Shown here one piece after another: positions 45,327-56,260 of a stretch of 64,000 bases of DNA (the stretch's first letter is position 1; every line of letters starts with the position of its first letter). The notes beneath the pieces were generated by a model. The model saw only the letters and a list, made by a program, of their open reading frames with translations, made no database searches and was not told the origin of the DNA. This DNA comes from an uncultured Rhodothermales bacterium. Lineage in GTDB: Bacteria; Bacteroidota; Rhodothermia; Rhodothermales; CAYLXM01. The stretch spans positions 8,901 to 72,900 of the forward strand of contig CAYLXM010000014.1 of the NCBI GenBank assembly GCA_964387555.1, given 5' to 3'. Position numbers and translations under genes: made by a program.

Positions 45327-45698
45327 TTACCGGTAAAGATCCCGCTCATCCGGCTGATCACGGAGCAGTGCGAGGATCTGATGGTGCGGGATGATGAGGA
45401 GGCGTTTGCCCTCATACTCAATCTCAACCGCCTCTTTGCGAAGGAAATACGCAAAATCGCCTTCCCTGGCCTGGAGCGGCAGGTAGCGAGCAGCCGAGCG
45501 GGCGGACGACCACGGTTCGTCTTCGATGAATTCAGGATTCGGCATGACATAACCGGGTCCGACAGCCACCACATGACCGCCCTGGACCTTCTCCCGTTCT
45601 TTCACGCCGGCAGGAAGGTAGAGTCCGCTGCGCGTCTGGTTCTCTTCGCTGTCCGGCGCAATCAGAACGCGGTCGCCGACCAGGATCAAGTCGCTCAT
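45327..45698 (-). CDS. GroES (Cpn10)-fold protein with an inserted loop
   Basis: 123-aa ORF. LVGDRVLIAPDSEENQTRSGLYLPAGVKEREKVQGGHVVAVGPG and the C-terminal YLPLQAREGDFAYFLRKEAVEIEYEGKRLLIIPHHQILALL are collinear with GroES (RPLHDRVLVKR.EEE.KTAGGIVLP...KEKPQEGEVVAVGPG ... PLDVKVGD.VLF.KY.GTEVK.DGEEYLI..E.DILAVI). An extra MPNPEFIEDEPWSSARSAAR lies between the two segments. The start overlaps the upstream stop (ATGA). Confidence 0.75.
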   Translation of the reverse strand: MSDLILVGDRVLIAPDSEENQTRSGLYLPAGVKEREKVQGGHVVAVGPGYVMPNPEFIEDEPWSSARSAARYLPLQAREGDFAYFLRKEAVEIEYEGKRLLIIPHHQILALLRDQPDERDLYR

Positions 45699-47014
45699 GA
45701 CATCTGCCGGCTCGTGGGCAGAATCACCTGCTCGGTTTCGTCTTCGATAGGCTCTCCCCGGGCGAATGCGCGGAGCAGCACGTCGAAGCGTTTGATAACG
45801 GACTCACGGTCGTAAGCCCTTGACCTGTCGAGCGCTCTCTGTTGTCTCTGCGCGAAGTCTTCATACTGATACGGCAGGGTTTCCAACAAGCCACCGACCT
45901 CGTGACTGCGGTCCCATGGGAACCAGTACCCCGCGTTGGACTGCGTCATCTCGGTACCGAGCGGACTATCCGCATCACAGATGGCGAGAATCGGGGTGGC
46001 GGTGGCCATTCCGGGGACCATCTTGCTCGGAATGAAGGCGCCGACACTATTGGCCACTTCCGTGATAACGAACAGGTCCGTGTCGTGTAAGGCCCGTGCG
46101 AACTCGGGCTCCGACAGAAAGGGGGCAAACGAGAAGCGCGTGTCATTAATGTCCTTCACCCAGCGCGCCACGTGGAGGGCCGCACTTCCATTCCCATGGA
46201 TTTTGAATCGAAACTGAGACGAACTCTGCTGGAGGATTCGGCAGAAGTTCAGGAGCCCCTGTTTGTCGCCGATATTGCCCGCATAAAGAAGGTTCACGGG
46301 ACTGTCCGGATTTCGTCCAACCTTTGGGGGGAGGCGTTCGATCTCGGTCTCCAGCGAGCGGTTGAGCCAATTCGGGAGGAATACGATGGGCTGTCCCCTC
46401 CGACGAATGCGATCGAGTTTGTCGATCATCACGGGTGAGATCGAACTCCATACCTGCGCCGAATTGAACAACCGGTTCTGGATACTTTCGAGAAACCGAT
46501 TGACGCGTCGAAAACGCGATATCCCGCTTGCGGCAGCCGCATGAGCAGAAAGGTCCTGGACATTCAACCAGAGCGGTTTCCGGTGAACCCACCGGTTGAT
46601 CTGAGCAAAGGCAACTGAGCCCACGAGTGGACAGTACACCATCGTAGCGTCGAAATCACGTCCTCTCGGAAGGGATCTTAACACGGACAGGAGAAACGAC
46701 CCTTCATAGAGGATGCGCTGGAACAGCGATTGGGGATCCCGTGGAATGAAGATTCCGTACCGCTCGACGTGAACGCCCTGGTCATCGAAGTGCTCGATCC
46801 TCCACCCATTTCGCCCGCTCTTGTCTCGCCACTCCGGGTAATACGGATAGGCGCACCGGACCGTTACGTCGAAGCCCCGCCGCGCCAGGCTGTAACAGAG
46901 GTCGCTGAATACTGCAGCGCCCCCGCCACGGTCCGGGTGAAACACATTCAGAATGACGAGCAGGCGCGGCCCGCTAGACTTCGGCGGCATGGAGTCGACG
47001 TTCCCAACTTTCAA
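45695..47014 (-). CDS. glycosyltransferase (GT-B fold, GT4-like)
   Basis: 439-aa ORF with the N-terminal [18 protein letters not shown], which resembles the GT4 glycine-rich loop. The overall length and profile fit a GT-B enzyme, but I did not confirm a C-terminal E(x7)E-type motif. The start is uncertain, and the ATG at 46990 would shorten the overlap with the upstream gene. Confidence 0.7.
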   Translation of the reverse strand: MKVGNVDSMPPKSSGPRLLVILNVFHPDRGGGAAVFSDLCYSLARRGFDVTVRCAYPYYPEWRDKSGRNGWRIEHFDDQGVHVERYGIFIPRDPQSLFQRILYEGSFLLSVLRSLPRGRDFDATMVYCPLVGSVAFAQINRWVHRKPLWLNVQDLSAHAAAASGISRFRRVNRFLESIQNRLFNSAQVWSSISPVMIDKLDRIRRRGQPIVFLPNWLNRSLETEIERLPPKVGRNPDSPVNLLYAGNIGDKQGLLNFCRILQQSSSQFRFKIHGNGSAALHVARWVKDINDTRFSFAPFLSEPEFARALHDTDLFVITEVANSVGAFIPSKMVPGMATATPILAICDADSPLGTEMTQSNAGYWFPWDRSHEVGGLLETLPYQYEDFAQRQQRALDRSRAYDRESVIKRFDVLLRAFARGEPIEDETEQVILPTSRQMS

Positions 47015-48035
47015 TGATTTCGACGAACGTGGTTCGTAGATCCTTCGTGATACCCCATGCCGGGTAGTGATCCTGCATCTTTGACAGATCGGAGTAATAG
47101 CAGATGTGGTCTCCTGCCCTGTTCGTCTCTGAATAGCTCCAGTTCATTGAGCGCCCACTGAGCGATTCCGCCAGCTGGAAAGCCTCCAGCATGGAGATCG
47201 AATTGGCCTTACCACCTCCGATATTATACACTTCGCCGACGCGAGGGGAATTGACGAAGGCCTCCATGAACCGAACAACATCGAATGAATGGATATTGTC
47301 GCGAACCTGCTTGGCCTTGTAGCCGAATACGGTGTAATGCCGTTGCTCGAGGTTACACTTGATCAGGTAGGAAAGAAATCCGTGTAACTCCACTCCGCTG
47401 TGGTTTGGACCCGTGAGACAGCCGCCGCGAAGGCAGCACGTAGGCATGCCGAAATAGCGTCCGTATTCCTGCACCATGACGTCTGCGGCTACCTTGGAAG
47501 CGCCGAAGAGCGAATGCTTCGACTGGTCTATTCGAAACGTCTCCGGTATGCCGTTTACGTAGGTCGGATCGGCATACTCCCACCGGGTCTGAAGTTCGAC
47601 GAGGGAAATTTCATTGGGGGCGTCGCCATATACCTTGTTCGTGCTAAGGTGCACAAACGGCGACTCCCCGGAGAAGCGGCGGTTTGCCTCCAGGAGGTTC
47701 AGCGTTCCGACGGCGTTTACGTCGAAATCATCGAAAGGAATGGCCGCAGCCCGGTCGTGCGACGGCTGGGCCGCACAATGGATGACCGCGTTGAATCGCT
47801 CGGTCTCGAAGAGATCAAGTACGCGGGACCGGTCGCGAATGTCGATTTCAAAATGGCGAAACGAAGCGAGCGTTCGCCGCAGTTGCTCGGTCACCCAACT
47901 CGTATCCCCGTGGGGACCGAAAAAGGCTCTCCGCATGTTGTTGTCGATGCCGGCGACGTCATGTCCTAGGCCGGCAAAGTGCCGAACGGCCTCGGAGCCG
48001 ATCAGCCCGCTCGACCCGGTTACGAGTATCTTCAT
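46974..48035 (-). CDS. NAD-dependent sugar-nucleotide epimerase/dehydratase (SDR, CDP-paratose 2-epimerase-like)
   Basis: The start was trimmed to the ATG at 48035, giving [17 protein letters not shown] with a Rossmann GxxGxxG. The STNKVYGD context contains the catalytic Tyr. Confidence 0.85.
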   Translation of the reverse strand: MKILVTGSSGLIGSEAVRHFAGLGHDVAGIDNNMRRAFFGPHGDTSWVTEQLRRTLASFRHFEIDIRDRSRVLDLFETERFNAVIHCAAQPSHDRAAAIPFDDFDVNAVGTLNLLEANRRFSGESPFVHLSTNKVYGDAPNEISLVELQTRWEYADPTYVNGIPETFRIDQSKHSLFGASKVAADVMVQEYGRYFGMPTCCLRGGCLTGPNHSGVELHGFLSYLIKCNLEQRHYTVFGYKAKQVRDNIHSFDVVRFMEAFVNSPRVGEVYNIGGGKANSISMLEAFQLAESLSGRSMNWSYSETNRAGDHICYYSDLSKMQDHYPAWGITKDLRTTFVEIIESWERRLHAAEV

Positions 48036-48079
48036 GAAAGGATGATGGTGCGTCCGGCCGGAAGAGGAGAGGCTCGGGT

Positions 48080-49960
48080 TCACTCAGAAGCCAGTATCGG
48101 CTGTTTGTCCTTTCTCCCCAGGTGCCAGTACAGGAACAGTGCGCAGGCTACCGCACCCAAGATGCACAAAATCCCGGTGAGCGTACGGTGAAAAAGCAGA
48201 TGACCCGTCCCAAAAAGGGTCAAATAGACCATCGCTGTACCGGCAGCCCAGTCGAGAAGAAGGGAGCCAATCCCCTGGTCACGCTGGACGTCGGGGTGGC
48301 GCTCAGCAAATCTTGCCCAGCCACGTCCGCCCGGCCTGGTACGCCGGAAGAACGCGTCGAGTTTTTCCTGGTCTGTCGGTTTGGTCACCATCGTAACCCC
48401 CACCCATACGACAGTCGTGATGAGCACGACCGCGAAGAGATTCTCGGGGAAGGGCGCAAGAAGACCTGGAACGGGGACGCCGATTAGCGCGAGGAGGACG
48501 AGAAAGATCGGCGTCAACGTGGCTGCCAACTCACTCCAGGCGCTGATTCGCCACCAGTACCAGCGCAGGATGAGAACAAGTCCCAAACCCGCAGAAGCGG
48601 TGAGAACGAGTCCCCACGCTTGCGAGATGGATCCCAACTGTGTGGTGATCGCAACCGAGATGAGCCCCACGATGAATGTCATGATGCGTGATACGAACAC
48701 GTAGTGCCGTTCATCCCTGTTTGGACTCACGAATCGACGCCAGAAGTCATTGACGAGATACGACGTGCCCCAGTTGAGCTGGGTCGCAATCGTGCTCATA
48801 AACGCGGCGAAAAACGCCGCGACCATCAGACCCATAAGCCCGCTGGGGAGGACGTCCCGCATGACGAGCACGAACCCGTCGCGCGGATCGGCAAGTCCAG
48901 GATAGAGGATCAGAGAACTGAGCGCGACCAGAATCCAGGGCCACGGACGGAGACAGTAGTGGGCGATCGTGAACCATAGGGTGGCTGCCAGGGAGTGGTT
49001 CTCGTCTTTGGCACTCATCATCCGCTGGGCAATATAGCCGCCCCCACCCGGCTCGGCGCCCGGGTACCAGCTCGACCACCATTGCACCCCGATATAGGCG
49101 ATGAATGCGGGGACCGTCAGGGCGAGGACGCCGACACTTTCCGCCACGGACCCAATGGTGGGGAGGAATCTGAACGTGCTGTCAGGGAGCTGATCCAGCA
49201 GGCCTTGAATACCGCCCACTGCAGGCGCATCCAAGGCGTAGACGGCAAGGAAGATGGAGCCCGTCATGGCCACCACGAACTGGAATGCGTCCGTCACAAC
49301 AACGCCCCAGAGGCCGGACAGCAGGGAATAGAAGGCCACGAAAAGCAGCAGGATCCCGACCATAGCCAGATGGGCGCCGAACTGTAGACCGAGAATGGAG
49401 AAAGACGTCTGCCCGAACAACGTCAGGTCCGGAAAAAGGATGCGGAGCACCGTTTCCATGGCGAGCGATACCCAGCCCATGATGATGCAGTTCATCAACA
49501 GACCGAAATACAATGCCTTGATGCCCCTCAGCCATGCAGCGGGACTGCCACTATACCTCAATTCGATGAACTCCACGTCCGTAAGAACGCCGCTACGCCG
49601 CCAGAGCCGTGCAAAGAAGAACACGGTCAGCATGGCGCCGAGCGCAAAGTTCCACCAGAGCCAGTTCCCGGCGATGCCGTTCTGCGAAACAAGTTCGGTG
49701 ACGGCGAGTGGGGTGTCGGCCGCGAAGGTCGTTGCGACCATGCTCGTCCCGGCAAGCCACCAGGGCATCGCCCGGCCGGAGAGGAAGAATTCCGACGTAC
49801 TCTTTCCGGCTCGCCGATAATAGTAAATGGCGATCCCGAACGAGAACACGAAATAGGAGACGATCAGCAGCCAGTCTAGTCCTGACAGGATCATGGTGAA
49901 TACCTGCGTGGATAGGGTGGACCAAGCGAGTTGCGCGATGGCGGGAATGGGTGCAAACAT
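48080..49960 (-). CDS. sodium:solute symporter family transporter
   Basis: The start was trimmed to the ATG at 49960. The ORF is polytopic and shows [33 protein letters not shown], typical of SSS transporters. Confidence 0.8.
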   Translation of the reverse strand: MFAPIPAIAQLAWSTLSTQVFTMILSGLDWLLIVSYFVFSFGIAIYYYRRAGKSTSEFFLSGRAMPWWLAGTSMVATTFAADTPLAVTELVSQNGIAGNWLWWNFALGAMLTVFFFARLWRRSGVLTDVEFIELRYSGSPAAWLRGIKALYFGLLMNCIIMGWVSLAMETVLRILFPDLTLFGQTSFSILGLQFGAHLAMVGILLLFVAFYSLLSGLWGVVVTDAFQFVVAMTGSIFLAVYALDAPAVGGIQGLLDQLPDSTFRFLPTIGSVAESVGVLALTVPAFIAYIGVQWWSSWYPGAEPGGGGYIAQRMMSAKDENHSLAATLWFTIAHYCLRPWPWILVALSSLILYPGLADPRDGFVLVMRDVLPSGLMGLMVAAFFAAFMSTIATQLNWGTSYLVNDFWRRFVSPNRDERHYVFVSRIMTFIVGLISVAITTQLGSISQAWGLVLTASAGLGLVLILRWYWWRISAWSELAATLTPIFLVLLALIGVPVPGLLAPFPENLFAVVLITTVVWVGVTMVTKPTDQEKLDAFFRRTRPGGRGWARFAERHPDVQRDQGIGSLLLDWAAGTAMVYLTLFGTGHLLFHRTLTGILCILGAVACALFLYWHLGRKDKQPILASE

Positions 49961-50109
49961 AAACCTCCGGCGCCCTTCGTGCAATCCGCCGGAAAAGGTT
50001 AATCCTGCACCGACCAATCGAAAGGCAACGAGGCGCGTTCCGAATGCTTTGGCACCCGATGGATGCTTGTGGACTCAAGTGCGCCAAACTGGGCCGGGAC
50101 GGCACTCGT

Positions 50110-51612
50110 CTACCACTCGAACTGTTCCTTTCTGGTCTGCATGTTGACCGGAACCGGGTATTTCGACGTGAAGCATGCGGTACAGTATCCGGCGCCAGTC
50201 GGGTTTGCGGCTTGTACCGCCTTGAGGAGCCCATCGGCGGACAGGTACGCCAGCGTGTCCACTCCCAACCATTGCGCCATATCCTCCAGATCGGAATCGA
50301 AACGCGGCGCCAACAACTCCTCCTTGCTTGGGAAGTCCATCCCATAGAAACAGGGACTGACAACAGGGGGAGAGGTAACCCTGAAATGGACAGCCGCGGC
50401 GCCCGCCTGTCGGATCATCTTGACGAGCAATCGACTGGTCGTACCCCGAACGATGGAGTCATCGACCACCACCACCACCCGGTCCTTCAACACGCCCTCC
50501 ACCGTATTGAACTTGCAACGGACCTTCAATTCGCGCTGGTTCTGTCCCGGGGCGATGAATGTCCTTCCAACATAGTGATTCCGGATGAGCCCGATCTCAT
50601 AACGGCAGCGGAATCCCAGCTTGTTACACTCCGTGACGTAGCCGAGCGTGGCCGTATTTGACGAGTCGGGAACAGAGATAACAATTGGAGCGGGATCATC
50701 TTCCGGTACGACCGGAACCGGTACTTCGTGAGCCAACTGCTTACCGATCTTTCGTCTCACCTTGTCGGTCATCTCGCCGAAGATCTTTGAATCAGGTCGC
50801 GCGAAGTAGACGTACTCGAAGATGCACTGACTCGTCCCATAGGGCTGCTCGAGCCGGTGGCTCTGAAAATTCCCCGTAACGCAGCCCTTTCGGTCGATGA
50901 CCAGCACCTCGGCGGGCTCGATGTCGCGCACATACTCTGCGCCGATCAGGTCGAACGCGCACGTTTCGCTGGCGACCACGTATCCGGCGCCACCAGGCGT
51001 ATCCGCGCTTCCCAGGCGGCCCAGACAGAGGGGTCGGAAGCCGTTGGGATCCCGCACCGCGATGAGATGCTCGTCGGTAAGGATGACCAGCGAGTAGGCG
51101 CCCTCAACTTGCTCAACTGCGTCGAGAATGCGTTCGATGTGGGAGTCCTTTCGGCTCTGCGCAATCAGGTGCAGAATGAGTTCGCTGTCACTCGTCGTCT
51201 GGAAGATCGTACCCTTTTCCTGAAAGCGATGATGGAGCTGCTCCGTATTCGACAGATTCCCGTTGTGTGCCAGCGCAAGATTCCCCCCGCGATAATGGAC
51301 GACGAAGGGCTGGATGTTGGCGGCATTGCGGGACGAGCCGCTCGTCGAATACCGGTTGTGTCCGATAGCAGCGTTGCCCAGCAACTTTTCTTCGAACAGC
51401 TTCTTATCCTCGAATACATCAAGCACGAGTCCGGCGCCCTTGTGCACAGGCATCACCCAGCGCTTTCGGGTTTCGTCATACGTGGAAGTCACGATGCCGC
51501 ACGATTCCTGCCCGCGATGCTGGAGCGCGTGAAGTCCGTAGTACGTCATCTCCGAGGCGTTCGGTACGTTAAACGCCCCGAATATTCCGCAGTAGTCGTG
51601 TGGTTTGTCCAT
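50110..51612 (-). CDS. purF: amidophosphoribosyltransferase
   Basis: MDKPHDY|CGIFGAF has the Ntn Cys after a short propeptide. The PRPP loop VVVVDDSIVRGTT and a C-terminal Fe-S Cys context (GYCTACF) are also present. Confidence 0.93.
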   Translation of the reverse strand: MDKPHDYCGIFGAFNVPNASEMTYYGLHALQHRGQESCGIVTSTYDETRKRWVMPVHKGAGLVLDVFEDKKLFEEKLLGNAAIGHNRYSTSGSSRNAANIQPFVVHYRGGNLALAHNGNLSNTEQLHHRFQEKGTIFQTTSDSELILHLIAQSRKDSHIERILDAVEQVEGAYSLVILTDEHLIAVRDPNGFRPLCLGRLGSADTPGGAGYVVASETCAFDLIGAEYVRDIEPAEVLVIDRKGCVTGNFQSHRLEQPYGTSQCIFEYVYFARPDSKIFGEMTDKVRRKIGKQLAHEVPVPVVPEDDPAPIVISVPDSSNTATLGYVTECNKLGFRCRYEIGLIRNHYVGRTFIAPGQNQRELKVRCKFNTVEGVLKDRVVVVVDDSIVRGTTSRLLVKMIRQAGAAAVHFRVTSPPVVSPCFYGMDFPSKEELLAPRFDSDLEDMAQWLGVDTLAYLSADGLLKAVQAANPTGAGYCTACFTSKYPVPVNMQTRKEQFEW

Positions 51613-51651
51613 CTGGCAGATTGGTGGATTCCGGATTCCCCGGAGTGGTCG

Positions 51652-52194
51652 TCAAAGAATCAGAATGAAACCGGCTGCGGTCAACATACCCAGGCCATTC
51701 GCCAATAGATCGAGCCGACTGAAGCAGGGAGGGTCTCCGTTCTTCTTGTCATATACCTCCTTTGCCACACCAAGCGCCGCAACCGCTCCAATCGAAATCG
51801 CCAACGCCGGCCCCTTGGATAGGCCGGCGCCTCGCTTCAAAATCAGGTAGGAGGATCCAGTAAACGCGGCGCTGAGGAGGAAGTGCCTCCGCTTGTCATG
51901 CCAGGTGCGGCGCTCGCAAGAGGGCAGTGCGGCTATAGACACGACACGGCTCGGGCCCAGAGCCGCCGCGCGCGTCAAGGGTGCGACGGGAGCCATGAGA
52001 TCCGTGGGGGGGCGGCGCGACGTGGAAAGCACAAAACCGGAAATGTGTTCAGATGGCGAGCACGCACTCAGTAGACCGGACTGCGCGAACCCCCGATTCT
52101 CGGACGTCGTCGCCAGAAAGAAAAGGCACATCGTACCGAGGGCGCGGAGCGGCTGGGCGGAGCATATCGCATTGAACCGTAACAGTGTGCGCAC
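51652..52194 (-). CDS. hypothetical membrane/exported protein
   Basis: 180-aa ORF with a hydrophobic C-terminal pair of helices (GPALAISIGAVAALGVA and LANGLGMLTAAGFILIL). I recognise no family and the start is uncertain. Confidence 0.4.
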   Translation of the reverse strand: MRTLLRFNAICSAQPLRALGTMCLFFLATTSENRGFAQSGLLSACSPSEHISGFVLSTSRRPPTDLMAPVAPLTRAAALGPSRVVSIAALPSCERRTWHDKRRHFLLSAAFTGSSYLILKRGAGLSKGPALAISIGAVAALGVAKEVYDKKNGDPPCFSRLDLLANGLGMLTAAGFILIL

Positions 52195-52206
52195 TTCGTA
52201 TTCCGA

Positions 52207-53580
52207 TCAGAAGTAGGTTCCCGTGAACACAATAAACAGAAGGATCAGCGCGATCGCGATAGGACAGACATAGCGGACAAGGAAACCAACCACAGCGCTG
52301 AGCGGCAATCGATGGCCACCTTCCTCGAGCGAGGCGCGCATCCGCGTCCATCCCCATGCCCAACCAGCGAATGTGCAGACCAGCAGAGCGCCCAGGCTCA
52401 GCGAGTAGTTCCCCCAGATGATGCTCTGCACACTTAGAAAGTCCAGCCCCTCACCCAGGAAGGACGTGAATATCTCGCTGCCCCCCTGAGACAGGGCAGA
52501 TGGGATGGCGATCACAAAACACCCGAGCCCCACCAGCCAGGCCGATCGGTTCCGAGTCCACCCGCGCTCGTCAACGAGATAGGAGACAACGACCTCCAGC
52601 AGGCTGATCGTGGAGGTCAACGCCGCAATGGCGAGCAACAGGTAGAACGCGAAGGCGAAGAGGGAGCCAGCGGGGAGCGTTCCGAATATGGTGGGCAATA
52701 CGACGAAAACCAGGCCGGGACCAGCGTCCGGGCGGACACCCGCAGAGAAGAGTGCCGGGAAGATGATAATGCCCGCAAGGACGGCAATCAGGGTGTCAAA
52801 CGCCGCCACCGACACGCCGGCCGACACGATGTCTTCCTTCTTGGCGAGGTACGACCCGTACGTGATCATCGCGCCCATACCGAGACTGAGGCTGAAGAGC
52901 GCTTGCCCGAGGGCCCCCATGATGACACGCAGTGTCAGCTTGTCAAAGTCAGGCTTGAAAAGGTAGACCAACCCCTCCCACGCCCCGGGCAGCGTCAACG
53001 AGCGAGCCGCAAGAATCAAGAGGATGAGTAACAGCACGGGCATGAGGACCTTTGTCGTGCGCTCGATTCCCCCTGCCACGCCGCCTCTTACCACTACGAC
53101 AGTCAGAAAAAGGAATAGGCCGGTCAAACCGATTGCTATTCCGGGATTCCCGATCAGTTCGCCGAAAAGCAGCGTCGAATCCCCTGCCGTTACAGGGGTG
53201 GAAAAGGCGCCTGTCACAGCCTTGAACAGATAAGCAAGCGTCCAACCGGCGACAACACTGTAGAAGGCCAGAATTCCGAATCCGGTGATCACCCCAAGCC
53301 CTCCAACCCAGGACCACCACGACTGCTTTGCGAGCGCCCGAAATGCCCCGACAGGGTTGCGCTGTGTCGCGCGCCCTATGGCCAGTTCCGCGAAAAGAAC
53401 GGGCAGGCAAATCAAAGCCACAAAGAAGAGATAGACCAGCACGAACGCGCCGCCGCCATTCTCCCCTGCGGTATAGGGGAAGCGCCAGATGTTGCCGAGT
53501 CCGATTGCAGAGCCGGCAGCGGCGAACACGAATGCAAGCCGTGATCCCCATTGTCCGCGTTCGATGGAAGTCGATTGCAT
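52207..53580 (-). CDS. sodium-dependent transporter, NSS/SNF family
   Basis: The start was trimmed to the ATG at 53580. It shows WGSRLAFVFAAAGSAIGLGNIWRFPYTAGENGGGAF, which is the NSS signature. Confidence 0.9.
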   Translation of the reverse strand: MQSTSIERGQWGSRLAFVFAAAGSAIGLGNIWRFPYTAGENGGGAFVLVYLFFVALICLPVLFAELAIGRATQRNPVGAFRALAKQSWWSWVGGLGVITGFGILAFYSVVAGWTLAYLFKAVTGAFSTPVTAGDSTLLFGELIGNPGIAIGLTGLFLFLTVVVVRGGVAGGIERTTKVLMPVLLLILLILAARSLTLPGAWEGLVYLFKPDFDKLTLRVIMGALGQALFSLSLGMGAMITYGSYLAKKEDIVSAGVSVAAFDTLIAVLAGIIIFPALFSAGVRPDAGPGLVFVVLPTIFGTLPAGSLFAFAFYLLLAIAALTSTISLLEVVVSYLVDERGWTRNRSAWLVGLGCFVIAIPSALSQGGSEIFTSFLGEGLDFLSVQSIIWGNYSLSLGALLVCTFAGWAWGWTRMRASLEEGGHRLPLSAVVGFLVRYVCPIAIALILLFIVFTGTYF

Positions 53581-53737
53581 AGAAATGCTTAATGGGTCAG
53601 TGTACGCCCGCTCCGGTCCTACGGGCCAGAAGCACATGAAGCCAGAACCGGCCGCCCGGTCTGTGGAGGCGGAGCGAAAGGCGAAAACTAGCGAATTCGA
53701 GGAGAAAGATCAGCACGAATCAGACAGCCGGAGATGC

Positions 53738-55099
53738 CTATTCGATATCCGCCCCGTGCTGCTCAGGTACCTGCTCGCGGATTCGAACGAGAACGTGCCC
53801 GATCCGATGCTGCTCAACATCTTCCACCTGCATGTGCAGGTTATTCCAGTCCACCTCAATACCGGACATCGGCACCGACTCGGTTAGATGCTGGATCAGC
53901 CCGCCAAGGGTTTCGAAGTCGAATTCGTCGGTGTCCAGGAAGAGATCCAACCCCGTTGATTCCTCGAGCACAACGACGAATTCATCGAGGTCGATCCTGG
54001 CGTCAAATCGGAAGAGTCCTTCCTCGATGCGTTGGTACAGATCGGGCTCGTCGTGGTCAAACTCATCGCGAATGTCGCCCACAAGCTCCTCTATGATGTC
54101 CTCGAGCGTGACCAGGCCCTCGGTACCCCCGTATTCGTCGACCACGATGGCCATGTGCATGCGTTTGACCTTGAAGGCGCGGAGCAATTCCACAATGGCC
54201 TGGTCTGCCGAGACGAGCAGAGGTTCTCTCGCCATGCTCGTCCAATGCTCCACTTCCTCTTCGGCCTTCTTTGTGAGCAGCGGAAGGAGATCTTTCACGT
54301 AGAGGATGCCCTCGATGTGGTCGAGGTGGTCGCGGAAGATGGGCAGACGGGAATGTCCACTGCGGCTGATGGTCTCCACAACATCAGCCAGCGTAGCTGT
54401 TCTCGAAATGGCCACGATGTCCATCCTGCTGGTCATGATCTCGCGAACCTCGGTTTCCCGGAATTCCGCGATGTAGTCGCCAAGTTGCTCTTCATCTTCT
54501 TCAAGCACCCCCGTCTCGATATCCTCTGCTTCGGAAATTAGGTCTTCTCCCGCCTTGATTTGGGCCGCCACCGTGCGAACGACTGCAAGCCTGCTCAAAG
54601 GAGCCGAAATCAGAAACAGAACCGAGGAGGCAGCGGATGTGAGGAACTGAAGGATGTGCGAGGGCTTCTCGGCTGCAGTCCGGGCAACGAAGCGCTTGAT
54701 GAGCAGATCCGCAAGGGAAAACGCGAGCGCCATGATGATGGATATGCCGAGAATGAACAACCAGGCCGGCCCGCCTCTCAACAATACAGCCCCAGCCGTC
54801 ATCCATGCAGCCCAGACGACTGCCAGAAGCCTGAATAGACCGGATGCCAGACCCAGGCTTATGCCTGTTACGACTGTTCGGTCGACCCTCGCAATTGATC
54901 GCTTCCCTGGCTTGTCTTCACTCGGCGCCCACTCTGAACGCCAATAGCTGGTTTGGACGTTGAAGGAAATGTGGGCGTAACGGTACAGGGCAGCCAGAGC
55001 GGCCAGAATCAGGAGGATGACGGACGCGACCAATCCGCCCCCGGAAGCCGGCACGTCCGCGAGAGGGAGGAGAAGAGAAGCGGAGGTATCGACTTCCAC
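53738..55099 (-). CDS. CNNM/HlyC-CorC family transporter (DUF21 + CBS pair + CorC_HlyC)
   Basis: 453-aa ORF with an N-terminal multi-TM DUF21 region, a CBS pair (VREIMTSRMDIVAI...SRLPIF..HLDHIEGILYVKDLL) and a C-terminal transporter-associated domain. Confidence 0.85.
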   Translation of the reverse strand: MEVDTSASLLLPLADVPASGGGLVASVILLILAALAALYRYAHISFNVQTSYWRSEWAPSEDKPGKRSIARVDRTVVTGISLGLASGLFRLLAVVWAAWMTAGAVLLRGGPAWLFILGISIIMALAFSLADLLIKRFVARTAAEKPSHILQFLTSAASSVLFLISAPLSRLAVVRTVAAQIKAGEDLISEAEDIETGVLEEDEEQLGDYIAEFRETEVREIMTSRMDIVAISRTATLADVVETISRSGHSRLPIFRDHLDHIEGILYVKDLLPLLTKKAEEEVEHWTSMAREPLLVSADQAIVELLRAFKVKRMHMAIVVDEYGGTEGLVTLEDIIEELVGDIRDEFDHDEPDLYQRIEEGLFRFDARIDLDEFVVVLEESTGLDLFLDTDEFDFETLGGLIQHLTESVPMSGIEVDWNNLHMQVEDVEQHRIGHVLVRIREQVPEQHGADIE

Positions 55100-55187
55100 G
55101 ATTCGCGTTCAGGGATGAGCGTACGCAACCAGAAGAATACGAAAAGAAATGTACGGCTGCGACGCCAACACACGAAGTGGTTGCGAT

Positions 55188-56249
55188 TTATGCGTCCGAT
55201 AGCCTGAGGCGACCGGAAACGGAGATCCGCGGAAGCCCGCGCGAAACAATGCCCAACTCTCCAATGGGTTCGTCGAACGCGTGAAGGCCATGCGAGTGCA
55301 GGACGTCCCGCACGCGTTCGATTTCTGAGGGCCCGACGGCCAGGAGGAGCCCTCCACTGGTCTGCGGATCACAGAGCACCCACCTGGTCCGATCTGCGAG
55401 CGCCGCAACCTGAGCACCATATGCTGACCAGTTGCGGTGCGTTCCCCCTGGCGTACACCGCTGACTGAGGTAGAAACCCAGATCGGTAATGAGGGGAATC
55501 TGATCCAGCCAGAGCTCAGCACGCACGTCGCTTCCCTCGCAGATCTCCAAAAGATGGCCCAGGAGACCGAACCCCGTCACGTCGGTGACGGCGTGAACGC
55601 CGTCGATCGGCCCGAGAGCTTCCCCTATGCGATTAAGAGTCATCATTTGACGTGCGGACAGCCCCACGTCCTCGGGCCGCAATACGCCACGTTTCTCCGC
55701 GGTGGTAAGTATGCCCACCCCCAATGGCTTTGTGAGCAGCAGAAGATCTCCCGGCCGGGCCGTGTCGTTCCGCTTGAGATGACGCAAGTCGACCAGACCG
55801 TTGACGGCCAGGCCGAAGATGGGCTCGGGACTGTCGATGCTGTGGCCGCCGGCCAGTGCGATTCCGGCTTCCGCACAGGCGAGTCGCCCGCCTTCGATCA
55901 CCTGACCGGCGACCTCTGCCGGGATCTTGTCGATCGGCCACCCGAGAATCGCAATGGCCAGAATCGGGCGACCGCCCATAGCATAGACGTCGCTGATCGC
56001 ATTGGCAGCGGCGATGCGTCCAAACGTCTGCGGATCGTCTACGATGGGCATGAAGAAATCCGTCGTGCTGATCAACCCTTGCCCGTTCTCCAGATCGTAC
56101 ACAGCGGCATCGTCGCGCGTCGAGTTGCCCACGATGAGGCGCCCATCACCGTGCGCCTTTTGCTCCGACAAGATATGCTCCAGAACTCCGGGTGCGATTT
56201 TGCATCCGCACCCGGCGCCATGACTGAATTGTGTCAATCGAAAATGCAT
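55188..56249 (-). CDS. selD: selenide, water dikinase (selenophosphate synthetase), Cys-type
   Basis: The N-terminal [14 protein letters not shown] carries the active-site Cys/Lys. An AIR-synthase-like fold follows. Confidence 0.9.
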   Translation of the reverse strand: MHFRLTQFSHGAGCGCKIAPGVLEHILSEQKAHGDGRLIVGNSTRDDAAVYDLENGQGLISTTDFFMPIVDDPQTFGRIAAANAISDVYAMGGRPILAIAILGWPIDKIPAEVAGQVIEGGRLACAEAGIALAGGHSIDSPEPIFGLAVNGLVDLRHLKRNDTARPGDLLLLTKPLGVGILTTAEKRGVLRPEDVGLSARQMMTLNRIGEALGPIDGVHAVTDVTGFGLLGHLLEICEGSDVRAELWLDQIPLITDLGFYLSQRCTPGGTHRNWSAYGAQVAALADRTRWVLCDPQTSGGLLLAVGPSEIERVRDVLHSHGLHAFDEPIGELGIVSRGLPRISVSGRLRLSDA

Positions 56250-56260
56250 CAGAAGAGCTC

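Noticed and set aside
39442-45330. The vWA-PP2C-kinase cassette could be a genomic island integrated at the nearby tRNA.
   Set aside because: The tRNA is on the minus strand, so its 3' end faces gltB and not the cassette. The housekeeping genes holB and ricT lie in between. No integrase is present. The only tRNA-3'-end-like string after the kinase gene (ggttcgctcgctccccg near 45249) is too degenerate to call an att repeat.
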